Source: Flavobacteriales bacterium (GTDB lineage Bacteria; Bacteroidota; Bacteroidia; Palsa-965). Taken from it: a stretch of DNA of 64,000 bases. Where the stretch lies: contig JBEIPA010000006.1 of assembly GCA_040377305.1 (NCBI GenBank), positions 128,001-192,000 on the forward strand, given 5' to 3'. The translations under genes were made by a program, and so were the position numbers. Every line of letters begins with the position of its first letter. The stretch's first letter is position 1. Below the pieces are notes generated by a model. That model worked only from the letters and a program-made list of their open reading frames with translations, ran no database searches and was not told the DNA's origin. This document shows, in pieces, positions 29,430 through 37,913 of this stretch.

Positions 29430-32400
29430 TTAATGGAAAGATACGGATAGAAACACAGAAGTCCCCTTCCCTTTTTCAGATTTTACATCGATTTCTCCAT
29501 TGAGGATTTCAACGCGAGAATAGATGTTCTTCCAGCCAATTCCCTCTGAAGTGGCAATTGTAGATACATCGAAACTTCTTCCGTTATCAGCAATGTGGAG
29601 CTGAAGGCGTGCATTCACAATTTTCATGTCAATGGTGATCTGATCAGCGCCCGAATGCCTGATCATGTTGTTCAGAATTTCCTGTACAATGCGATACACG
29701 GCAATCTCAACAGTCTCCGGAAATCGCTGTTCGAGTTCGGTGTTAAACACAACCTGAATTTTTCCGGAATCGTTGATCTTATCGGCAAGATCGTTCACGG
29801 CCTCAATCAGACCGGAACGAATCAACGCACCCGGCATCATGTTATGTGAAATCGTTCGCACTTCAGAACAGGCTTCATCCAACAGCGCGAGTGAATTCTT
29901 CCAGAGCTGTGCATCTTTATCAGGCAATGGCGAATCAACTGCGGAAATATTGAGTCGTGCGGTAGATAACAACTGACCGAGCCCATCATGCAATTCTTCG
30001 GCGATGCGTTTTCGCTCTCGTTCTTCCGTTTCAATGATTGCGTTCATGCGCGCACTTTGCTTGAGGCTGAACTCATGTGTTTGAGTGCGCACTTGCCTGC
30101 GGAAATAATAACGTACTGTGACTACCATGAACAGCAATCCGAGAACTATTGCTGACACAATGAACCAAGCAGTTTGCCAGAACGGTGGTGTAATTGTAAT
30201 GCGGAGCTCATGCGGCATATTGTTCCATACTCCGTCGTTGTTCGCTGCTGTCAACTGAAACGTGTATTTGCCGGGATCAAGATTTACAAAACGTGCGAAG
30301 CGTGCATCTTCTGCTTCCACCCAATTTGTATCGAGTCCCAGCAAGCGATAACGAAATGTGTTTCGGGCAGGATCAGAATACTCCACGGCCGTGTACTCCA
30401 GCAGGAGATTATTATCCGTGTAGTCGAGTTCAATGTGCGTTTTGTATTCAATTGTTGAGTCCAGCGCGAAAGGCTTGTCGAAAATCTTAAATCCGGTGAG
30501 CACGCATTCGGGTGCATACGGATTGTCTTTGATCGCATCGGGATAAAAATGATTGAAGCCATTTACGCCACCGAAATATAATTCACCATCAGTTGTTTTG
30601 TAAAATGCGTTTGTGTTGAACTCGTTGGATTGCAATCCGTCCGTCACCGTGTAATTCCGGAATGATTCTTTCGCAGGATCAAAACGGGAGAGTCCTTTGT
30701 TCGTGCTGAGCCATAACTGGTCTTCTTCATCACCCAGGATTCCGTACACAAATGTATTCGGCATTCCGTCTTTCTCCGTGTACATTCTGCTGATAGTACG
30801 GGCTTGTGCATCAACTCGTCCCAATCCGTGATCAGTTCCTGCCCACATGACATTATCGTCCGACTCGTAAAGACATTTCACCATGCCGGTATTCGGAATG
30901 AAAAGTTTCAACTCATGCGGATCACCATTCATGCTATAATAAATTCCGTGTGAAGATCCCATCCACAAGCCCCCGCTATGATCCGTGCAAAAGCACTCTA
31001 CGTTTGCCCGCACGTTGACGGGATCGTATACGTACGAATTCACAATCGGTTTGATACCATACAGTCCGTTGAAAAGACCAACCAGAATCGTACCGTTATT
31101 CATTCTGTAAATCGTTTTTCCCACACGGGTAGTCACACCGCTGTCCCCTTGAACAACCGGACGAGCAAGCTGCGATGATCCCGGCTCTGCTACCATGATT
31201 CCGTCAAGTGTACATGCCCAGGTTCGTTTCATAGAATCAACAACCACATTGTAAATCACCGGTTGCACATTTCCAGAAGTGGTGATGTAACGGTAATCTC
31301 CTGTGTGCGTATTCACCACGTTGATTCCCTGGTCGTACGTTCCGATCAGCATTTCATCTCCCATCTGCGCAAAGCATTTCATAAAATTGCTCCTCAGTCC
31401 ACCAACCGATGCCGCGTTACGGCATGTGTGGTTGAATGGTTTTTGTTTTGTATCGAATCGTTGCAGACCTGCCGGATCTGTTCCGACCCATACATTTCCT
31501 GAACGGTCAAGAAGCATAGAGATGATCCGATGTCCGATACCACTCATCGTTTCGGCAGGATTGCCTTTCAATTCTATTTCACCGGTGACCTCATTGATCC
31601 GATATATAAATCCATCGTTGCTTCCGCACCACGTACTGTTCTCGTTCTCTACTAACAAAGCTGTGATTAGACTTGCATTTTCCGGCGCAACAGGCATTGT
31701 GTAAATCGTAGTCGCCCCCGTGCCAGGATGATAGGCAATCACTTTTCCTTGTGATCCGATGCGTAAGGAACCGTCGGCAGATTGCAGGAGTGCACACACT
31801 GGCATAGTATCAGTAGAACCCGGCTCCATCAATACAACCTCACGATACGTTTTGTCAACGAGAGAAAATGAACGCACCTTCGAGTGCAAATTGTTCGCGT
31901 ACCAGATTTCGCCCGCGACTGAATCGTAACAGCAGAGGCTGTTTGCCGGAAAAGAATGAAGTGCCTGAGGAAATTGCTGAATAATTTTGTGCTGTGATAT
32001 ACTGAGGCCGACCACGCCATGGTTCGTTACCAGGGTCCACAGTGTGTCTCCAGATAGATGAAATGGACACACGTCTCCGTAACCATTCTGTTCGGGAAAA
32101 TCATAAATCTGTTCGACGTCCCCAGTTACCAGATCAATGCGCGCGACCACCATGGTTTGCGAGCCCGTGACCCATATCGCGTCTTTGGTTTGAAAGAGAT
32201 TGCGCAATCGGGTTAGTCCGAGTGGGAAAGAATCGGTGAGCGTGCTGCTGAAGACTTCGAAGTTATAGCCGTCGAATCGATTAAGTCCGTCGGCAGTAGC
32301 AATCCAGATAAAACCTTTATCGTCCTGGGCGAGATCAAAAACACTTCCCTGAGAAAGGCCCTCATCGACACCGAGGCGCGCAACCGCGTGTCGCTCCTGG

Positions 32401-32483
32401 CTGGCAACCACGAGAAACAACAGAATGAGCCCAAAAACCAGGAAGTAACGGCTTGTTGAACGGCGATTAGGGGAAACGAGCAC
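29430..32483 (-). CDS. Sensor histidine kinase with beta-propeller, Y_Y_Y, HisKA_3 and HATPase domains
   Basis: GLSQGSV..QDDKGFIWIAT.DGLNRFDG, NLDPGKYTF, TPPFWQT, ERKRIAEELHDGLGQ. GTG start at 32483 preferred because a TATATTTA -7-like element lies just upstream. Confidence 0.9.
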   Translation of the reverse strand: MLVSPNRRSTSRYFLVFGLILLFLVVASQERHAVARLGVDEGLSQGSVFDLAQDDKGFIWIATADGLNRFDGYNFEVFSSTLTDSFPLGLTRLRNLFQTKDAIWVTGSQTMVVARIDLVTGDVEQIYDFPEQNGYGDVCPFHLSGDTLWTLVTNHGVVGLSISQHKIIQQFPQALHSFPANSLCCYDSVAGEIWYANNLHSKVRSFSLVDKTYREVVLMEPGSTDTMPVCALLQSADGSLRIGSQGKVIAYHPGTGATTIYTMPVAPENASLITALLVENENSTWCGSNDGFIYRINEVTGEIELKGNPAETMSGIGHRIISMLLDRSGNVWVGTDPAGLQRFDTKQKPFNHTCRNAASVGGLRSNFMKCFAQMGDEMLIGTYDQGINVVNTHTGDYRYITTSGNVQPVIYNVVVDSMKRTWACTLDGIMVAEPGSSQLARPVVQGDSGVTTRVGKTIYRMNNGTILVGLFNGLYGIKPIVNSYVYDPVNVRANVECFCTDHSGGLWMGSSHGIYYSMNGDPHELKLFIPNTGMVKCLYESDDNVMWAGTDHGLGRVDAQARTISRMYTEKDGMPNTFVYGILGDEEDQLWLSTNKGLSRFDPAKESFRNYTVTDGLQSNEFNTNAFYKTTDGELYFGGVNGFNHFYPDAIKDNPYAPECVLTGFKIFDKPFALDSTIEYKTHIELDYTDNNLLLEYTAVEYSDPARNTFRYRLLGLDTNWVEAEDARFARFVNLDPGKYTFQLTAANNDGVWNNMPHELRITITPPFWQTAWFIVSAIVLGLLFMVVTVRYYFRRQVRTQTHEFSLKQSARMNAIIETEERERKRIAEELHDGLGQLLSTARLNISAVDSPLPDKDAQLWKNSLALLDEACSEVRTISHNMMPGALIRSGLIEAVNDLADKINDSGKIQVVFNTELEQRFPETVEIAVYRIVQEILNNMIRHSGADQITIDMKIVNARLQLHIADNGRSFDVSTIATSEGIGWKNIYSRVEILNGEIDVKSEKGKGTSVFLSVSFH

Positions 32484-32599
32484 GAGTAAATATACTAAAG
32501 CACTACGTAGTTTCCGCAAAATCAAAATACGGAATACTACGGACAAACACGTACTGGTATCGTGGTAGGTTTGACTATAACCAGCAAATCACTACACAG

Positions 32600-32860
32600 A
32601 TGTTAGCACCCCTCACTCCCCGTGAAAAGGAAATTGTTCAGCTCATCGTGAACGAATTTTCTTCTACGCAAATTGCAGCACAGTTCGAACTTAGTGTACG
32701 CACTGTTGAAACGCACCGCAAAAACATTTACCGGAAGACGCACACGCAAAATCTTGTTGGACTGATGAAGTATGCAATTCGTGAAGGATATCTTCAGGAA
32801 TATACTTACATCGTGCCGAAAGTGGAAACGTCCATTCGTGTTTTGCAGGAAGTCGGATAA
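32600..32860 (+). CDS. Stand-alone LuxR-type HTH regulator
   Basis: LTPREKEIVQLI..SVRTVETHRKNI with no receiver domain. Confidence 0.85.
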   Translation: MLAPLTPREKEIVQLIVNEFSSTQIAAQFELSVRTVETHRKNIYRKTHTQNLVGLMKYAIREGYLQEYTYIVPKVETSIRVLQEVG

Positions 32861-33658
32861 TTACTGTTTGATTTCAACGCCATTCACAAACACGCGAACG
32901 ATTACCAGTTCTCCCCATCGGTTGTAAATGGTTTCTGTTCCGTGTCTTTGATCGTTGTGAAATTCGGTGACGCAGAACAGTTCTCCTGAATCGTAATACT
33001 GTTTGTCAACACCTTCTTTCTTATTATCCGCATAATTCGTTTCACGGACGAGAATTCCTTTGTCGTTCCATTCTTTCGTCACTCCTGTTCTGTAGTCTTC
33101 CAGAAAACTCGTTTCGCGTCGCACGCTTCCATTGTCGTAGTAGTCCAGTTCTTTTCCCGTGCGACGATCGTTTCGGCAAGTGGTCACTGAAAGAATGGCT
33201 CCGTCATTATCGTATGTGATCACAGCACCATTCACTTTTCCGTTGACAAAAGGTTTCACTTGCATAAGCTCACCCGTCTCATAGTACAGTTTCGCGGTGC
33301 CCACCGGCATTCCGTGTTCGAATTGGGTTTCCTGTAAAAGCGCTCCGTTCTCGTAATACACGCGCTGAATTCCATTGCGCATTCCGTTAGAGAAAGTGTC
33401 TACGCCCAACAATTCGCCATTCTCATGAAATGATTTTTGAACGCCGTTGATTTGTCCGTGATTATAAAATGTTTCTTCCCGCAACTGTCCGTTTTCGTAG
33501 TAGCAGCTTTCAACACCATGCATCTTCCCATCTACAAACGGTGTTGCACACGCAAGTTGTCCATTGTCGTAGTAGTTCTTCCTGATCGTGTCTTGTCCGA
33601 AACAAATTGCACTCACACTAAGTGCAGATAGCAGAAAGTTGAAGCGTGGCTTTTTCAT
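32861..33658 (-). CDS. MORN2-repeat (YwqK-like) exported protein
   Basis: Repeated YYENGQL..E..F..G...G units. ATG at 33658 is followed by a signal peptide. Confidence 0.85.
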   Translation of the reverse strand: MKKPRFNFLLSALSVSAICFGQDTIRKNYYDNGQLACATPFVDGKMHGVESCYYENGQLREETFYNHGQINGVQKSFHENGELLGVDTFSNGMRNGIQRVYYENGALLQETQFEHGMPVGTAKLYYETGELMQVKPFVNGKVNGAVITYDNDGAILSVTTCRNDRRTGKELDYYDNGSVRRETSFLEDYRTGVTKEWNDKGILVRETNYADNKKEGVDKQYYDSGELFCVTEFHNDQRHGTETIYNRWGELVIVRVFVNGVEIKQ

Positions 33659-33782
33659 ACAGCGGTTTTGCAAAATTGGGTTGCATGATTTGAGCCAAAG
33701 GCAACTACGTGAAACCAATTACTACGAAATGGGGAGCGGAAAAGCCGTAAATTCGCAGTCCGTTAGGTCCCGTAGTTCAATG

Positions 33783-34148
33783 CCCGCCCGGCCGAACGGT
33801 GACGAAAGAATGGCCCTGTAGTTCAATGGATAGAACGAAAGTTTCCTAAACTTTAAATCCAGGTTCGATTCCTGGTGGGGCTACAAATTTTTATTTGATG
33901 GCGTACTATGTTTATGTCGTGAGGAGCTTACACAAGGACTACGTTTATAAAGGACACTGCGAAGATTTAAGTAAACGGATTGAAGAACACAATTCTGGTA
34001 TGACGAAATCTTTGCGGCCTTTCATTCCAGTTGAATTGGCCTACTTCGAAAAATTTGATCTACTGAAAGAGGCGATCGCTCGTGAAAAGTATCTGAAGAC
34101 GTCTGCTGGCAGAAGATTTCTAAAGCCTAAATTGGCCGTTCGGACGGG
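33783..34148 (+). mobile_element. Inverted-repeat-bounded insertion in the tRNA D-loop carrying tRNA-Arg and a GIY-YIG nuclease
   Basis: Left end CCCG-CCCGGCCGAACGG, right end CCGTTCGGACGGG (12 of 13 complementary). Precise removal restores a canonical tRNA. Confidence 0.7.
33812..33883 (+). tRNA. tRNA-Arg(CCT), intact inner copy
   Basis: GGCCCTG-TA-GTTC-AATGGATA-GAAC-G-AAAGT-TTCCTAA-ACTTT-AAAT-CCAGG-TTCGATT-CCTGG-TGGGGCT-A forms a full cloverleaf with anticodon CCT and three G-U pairs in the acceptor stem. Confidence 0.92.
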
Positions 34149-34158
34149 GATAGAATAG
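33898..34158 (+). CDS. Stand-alone GIY-YIG nuclease (UPF0213/SLX1-like)
   Basis: YYVYVVRS..YVYKGHCEDL..RI.EHN.G...EAIAREKYLK..GR; stop codon lies inside the outer tRNA 3' half. Confidence 0.9.
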   Translation: MAYYVYVVRSLHKDYVYKGHCEDLSKRIEEHNSGMTKSLRPFIPVELAYFEKFDLLKEAIAREKYLKTSAGRRFLKPKLAVRTGIE

Positions 34159-34205
34159 AAGTTTCCTAAACTTTTGATACAGGTTCGATTCCCGTCGGGA
34201 CTACA

Positions 34206-34233
34206 GAAGGCTGCTTAGGCAGCCTTTATTTTT
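34206..34233 (+). terminator. Intrinsic terminator after the tRNA
   Basis: AAGGCTGC-TTAG-GCAGCCTT followed by TATTTTT. Confidence 0.85.
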
Positions 34234-34236
34234 GTA

Positions 34237-34356
34237 GACGGGAATCGGTTCGCTGCGCGAAAATCAGACGCTAAAAATGTCCACAGGACATTTTCTTTAC
34301 GCGTCTTCTCCCGTCGGGACTACAGAAGAAAAAGCGTCTCATATTGATGCGCTTTT
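34237..34356. repeat. tRNA-linked repeat: inverted T-arm copy, central hairpin, direct copy of the tRNA 3' end and a second hairpin
   Basis: GACGGGAATCG is the reverse complement of CGATTCCCGTC; AAAATGTCC-ACA-GGACATTTT hairpin; CCCGTCGGGACTACAGAAG repeated at about 34310-34328. Confidence 0.75.
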
Positions 34357-34396
34357 GTTATTTTGTACTAACGTGTCCCCAATAGCACATATAAAA

Positions 34397-35146
34397 TTGA
34401 ACCTCCGTTTCGCGATCGGCGTTGTTGTCCTTTGCCTGCTCCATGCCTGCTCTTCGTCACATGTACCGGAACGTACAAATGGATATATTGAAACAGATAG
34501 TTGCAGTATTTATTACGAATCAATCGGATGCGGTACTCCGATCATTGTTCTACATGGACTTGGTTTTGATCACACGTATTTCAGTCCGCACCTTGATACA
34601 TTGGCGTACAACTACCGTTTGATCTTCATCGACATGCGCGGGTCTGGAAAATCAATCGACAGTTCCCTCATTTCTTTACAGCAGGTTACATTGGATATTG
34701 AAGCTGTGAGGAAATCGCTTGGACTGGATTCGTTTGTATTGATGGGACATTCACTTGGCGGACTTGTGGCTATGAAATACGCAACTCTGTTTCCTGAAAA
34801 ACTAAGCGCGATGATTCTCGTTGCTCCCAATGCAGCCATCGCCAAACCGGATTCCATGGTTTCTCCGGCACCAGCAAAATCAAAAGGTAAACTCAAAGCC
34901 AACAATCCTCATTACGACAAGTCTTTTGAATCTTATAATCTCCTGCCTGAACTCTCGAAGGTTAGTACAGCAACTTTATTAATAAGTGCAGAACGAGATC
35001 CTATACCAGCCAGCGTTCATGTTCAGATAGCATCGACTATGAAAAACTGTACCCACATTACAGTAAAAAATTCCGGACATTTTGTTTTTGCTGATCAACC
35101 TGCTGAATTTTGTTTGGAGGTAAATAATTTTAGCCAAAACAAGTAA
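34397..35146 (+). CDS. Alpha/beta hydrolase, probable lipoprotein
   Basis: VLHGLG, DMRGSGKS, GHSLGG nucleophile elbow, SGHF; LHAC lipobox. Start uncertain (TTG at 34397 preferred). Confidence 0.8.
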   Translation: MNLRFAIGVVVLCLLHACSSSHVPERTNGYIETDSCSIYYESIGCGTPIIVLHGLGFDHTYFSPHLDTLAYNYRLIFIDMRGSGKSIDSSLISLQQVTLDIEAVRKSLGLDSFVLMGHSLGGLVAMKYATLFPEKLSAMILVAPNAAIAKPDSMVSPAPAKSKGKLKANNPHYDKSFESYNLLPELSKVSTATLLISAERDPIPASVHVQIASTMKNCTHITVKNSGHFVFADQPAEFCLEVNNFSQNK

Positions 35147-35177
35147 GAGGGTCATGTTTTAAGCAAATCTGACAGTA

Positions 35178-35237
35178 ACAGGTTCGATATTTGTCCGCTT
35201 GGGACTACAGAAGGCTGCTTAAGCAGCCTTTATTTTT
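35178..35237 (+). repeat. Degenerate direct repeat of the tRNA 3' end plus terminator
   Basis: ACAGGTTCGAT...GGGACTACAGAAGGCTGCTTAAGCAGCCTTTATTTTT matches 34179-34233. Confidence 0.85.
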
Positions 35238-35886
35238 ATTGCGCAATCCCATTCTTCACTGCATACATCACCAATCCCGCGATATTCCGCACACCAACTT
35301 TTTCCATGATTCCGGATCGTAAGCCTTCCACCGTTCTGGCACTGAGAAATACCTTTTCTCCTATCTCCGCAGAGGTATACTCCTGGCAGATCAACTGCAG
35401 AATTTTCGTTTCCCGCTCATCCAATTCGACTACTGGTTTGAAGCTCGGTGCTGCGATATTTTTACTCATGATATTTTTCAGCATGGTGCTGCTCACCATA
35501 TCGTTGAAATAATAATTTGTTTCAACTACGCCGTAAATTGCTTTTTTGATTTCGGATGGATCCGCGTTCTTGAGTAAGTATCCGTTTGCACCGGCTTCCA
35601 GCATGTGGAGAATCATGTGTTCTTCATCGTGCATGGTGAGAATCAGAATTTTTACGTTCGGATAGTTCGCACGGATTTCTTTAGTTGCTGCGAGGCCATC
35701 CATTACCGGCATTTTAAGATCCAGCAAAATAACATCCGCTTCATTTCCTTTCAAGATCTGCAGAAGTTCTTCGCCATGTTCGGCTTCAGCTACGAAATGT
35801 AGCCCGGGATCGTCGCTGAGGACAAGACGTAATCCTTCACGAAATATTTTGTGATCGTCGGCTATGATAAATCGGATAGTTGCCAT
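35236..35886 (-). CDS. NarL/FixJ family response regulator
   Basis: ADDHKIFREG, DLKMPVMDG, GYLLK, LSARTVEG. Confidence 0.93.
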   Translation of the reverse strand: MATIRFIIADDHKIFREGLRLVLSDDPGLHFVAEAEHGEELLQILKGNEADVILLDLKMPVMDGLAATKEIRANYPNVKILILTMHDEEHMILHMLEAGANGYLLKNADPSEIKKAIYGVVETNYYFNDMVSSTMLKNIMSKNIAAPSFKPVVELDERETKILQLICQEYTSAEIGEKVFLSARTVEGLRSGIMEKVGVRNIAGLVMYAVKNGIAQ

Positions 35887-35890
35887 ATAG

Positions 35891-36670
35891 TTACAAGAGA
35901 GTTGGAATTTTTAGCTCGGTAATAAATGAATTAGCGCTTTGCTGTGTGAATGCGATCTGACCGTTAATGAATTTTAATCGTGTCGAAATGTTTTTCAATC
36001 CTATGCCCCCTTTTTGTGCGAGCAATGTGTTGAACGAATCGTTGTTCAGTCCGCTTCCATCGTGCTGCATGGTCAGAATCATTTCTCCGCTCATAGCCGT
36101 GATCTGCAAAACAATGAAGTTTGCTTTCGAATGTTTCAGGATGTTGTTCGTGAGTTCCTGCACAATTCGGTATGTATGTAACTCACGATGCGCATCGAGT
36201 CGTGGCAGATTACTTGCAGGCAAAACATCAAACTGAATACTTCCACTACGCTTGTAAACATCCGATAGCGCCTGCAAAGCAGTGTGCAATCCGAGTGTCT
36301 GCAACGTTCCCGGCTGTAGCTTGTGACTGATGTCGCGCACCTTTCGAATCGAATCGTCGACCAATTGTCCCGATTGCATAATCAGTTCGGGTGACGTAGA
36401 ATACTTTTCCGCCTGGTGCAGAAACATACGTGCAGAAGAAAGAGTTGCTCCAACATCATCGTGCAGTTCAGCAGCAATGCGTTGACGTTCTTCTTCTTCA
36501 CTTTGCGCAGCGGCCTGAAACAATTCGATCTGTTTTTTCGAATCGAGTTCGTTGAGTTCGAGTTGGTGGCGGATGACGCGGCGTTGGTGGAGAATGACGA
36601 AAACGATAACTGCACTGGCCATTAATGTCATAATGCCAATTGCAATAATTATTAGATATTCAAGTTCCAC
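35891..36670 (-). CDS. Short HisKA_3 histidine kinase with a single TM helix
   Basis: EEERQRIAAELHDDVG, YRIVQELTNNILKHS, GIGLKNI; probable GTG start. Confidence 0.9.
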   Translation of the reverse strand: MELEYLIIIAIGIMTLMASAVIVFVILHQRRVIRHQLELNELDSKKQIELFQAAAQSEEEERQRIAAELHDDVGATLSSARMFLHQAEKYSTSPELIMQSGQLVDDSIRKVRDISHKLQPGTLQTLGLHTALQALSDVYKRSGSIQFDVLPASNLPRLDAHRELHTYRIVQELTNNILKHSKANFIVLQITAMSGEMILTMQHDGSGLNNDSFNTLLAQKGGIGLKNISTRLKFINGQIAFTQQSANSFITELKIPTLL

Positions 36671-37277
36671 TTTTCTCCGTTTTATACAAACCAACACCTA
36701 TTAATATATAATGAAGAATATTTACTACAGTAAAAAAACTTCCCCATACCGCCATGAATAACAAATACGATTCACGTTTAAGATAGGTCGCAAACAAAAA
36801 CACCAGGCAGTTTGAGGCTGCATAAATGAAAAACGACGTACTGATCCAAAATAATGTTGAACGACTAAGATATAATTCCTCCGGCTTACGCAATAGCTTG
36901 AGATATCCCATTAACCCATGTATGATATAGAAAAGACAAAGAACACTCGCCCCTAAAATATTCAAATTAGAAATTCCCATATAAATTGTATGAATACAAA
37001 ATCCAAGTGCAAAACATGCCACAATCCAAAGGTACTTTGGAGAAGAGGTGAACAACTTTCGCTTGTAGTATAACGAGATGCAAATAAGTTCAGCCAATAA
37101 AAAAATGTTCCCCAACACATATGGTCGGATTTCATAAGCACGAAGCGCCATTCCCGCATTATCAATAATTAACCCTGTTGCAGCGTACAGCCACAACAGG
37201 GTAAAACGTTGCCGCCATCCGATTACAATCGTAAATAATGGAGACAGAAGCGAAATGTATGTAAGAACTAATGTCAA
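36660..37277 (-). CDS. Polytopic (6-7 TM) membrane protein coupled to the kinase
   Basis: Hydrophobic throughout, FWISTSFFIY motif, overlaps the kinase start. Confidence 0.8.
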   Translation of the reverse strand: MTLVLTYISLLSPLFTIVIGWRQRFTLLWLYAATGLIIDNAGMALRAYEIRPYVLGNIFLLAELICISLYYKRKLFTSSPKYLWIVACFALGFCIHTIYMGISNLNILGASVLCLFYIIHGLMGYLKLLRKPEELYLSRSTLFWISTSFFIYAASNCLVFLFATYLKRESYLLFMAVWGSFFTVVNILHYILIGVGLYKTEKSGT

Positions 37278-37846
37278 GGTAAATACTCCTGCCCTGGAGC
37301 GATCGGTTGCATACTGGTCAGATCACCACGGTATTTAACTAATCTTCCATAGTTTACAATCTCGATCAAAACGGTGTCGGGAAAAATACTATTGGGACGC
37401 AGATGTGGCAATGCGACTTTCTTTCCTGATTCAACTCCCTTTCGCATGCGTATTTCAAGTATACCAATATCGCTCTCCAGCTTGTTGAACAATACGTCTG
37501 AATAATAAACTTTGTTTTCAGCTGATTTTTTTGGTTGAAATTTTGGACGCTTATTACCCCATGGAACAACGGATACTGAGATATCTTCATTACTTGTAGT
37601 AATAGTCGGATCGAAAGAAATTTCAATCAGGAAATCTCCACATCCAGTTGGGTCCAATGAAAGGCCATCAAAACTTACGATGCGAGGCTCAATGTCTGGG
37701 TTAAAAATCATCGCGCGATGTTCGTCCTTTTCTAGAGAGTGTTTTGTCTTTACGCACTCTTTAAAGGAGGTTGTACAAGAAAATGTGGTTGGGTCTGAAT
37801 TTGAACATTCTTCAAATTTTGAAGATCGGGTTTTGCTTTTAGCCAT
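37274..37846 (-). CDS. Hypothetical protein
   Basis: 190-aa ORF overlapping the downstream start by 4 nt; AT-rich segment; no recognised motif. Confidence 0.6.
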   Translation of the reverse strand: MAKSKTRSSKFEECSNSDPTTFSCTTSFKECVKTKHSLEKDEHRAMIFNPDIEPRIVSFDGLSLDPTGCGDFLIEISFDPTITTSNEDISVSVVPWGNKRPKFQPKKSAENKVYYSDVLFNKLESDIGILEIRMRKGVESGKKVALPHLRPNSIFPDTVLIEIVNYGRLVKYRGDLTSMQPIAPGQEYLP

Positions 37847-37913
37847 AGGTATAGTTTGTTAGGTTGATCAAATATATGTGGTTAGGCCTCCTACACGACT
37901 CAATTTTTCAAAT

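Larger units (their letters stand above)
33766..34203 (+). tRNA. tRNA-Arg(CCT), outer copy, split in the D-loop by a 366-bp insertion (5' part 33766-33782, 3' part 34149-34203)
   Basis: Joined halves give GGTCCCG-TA-GTTC-AATGGATA-GAAT-A-GAAGT-TTCCTAA-ACTTT-TGAT-ACAGG-TTCGATT-CCCGT-CGGGACT-A. The acceptor stem pairs across the insertion. The T-stem has one A-C mismatch. Confidence 0.85.

Noticed and set aside
32484-32546. Longer start for the sensor kinase
   Set aside because: It runs through a putative -7 element and operator boxes; GTG at 32483 is more plausible.
32861-33658. Toxin-antitoxin or immunity pair
   Set aside because: A MORN2/YwqK-like protein is present, but no adjacent toxin ORF is recognisable.
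33783-34148. Self-splicing group I or II intron in the tRNA
   Set aside because: The insert is almost fully occupied by a tRNA and an ORF. There is no room for a ribozyme core and no GUGYG 5' end or domain V.
34277-34396. 5' extension of the hydrolase ORF
   Set aside because: Encoded by the tRNA-linked repeat and hairpins; the signal peptide starts later.
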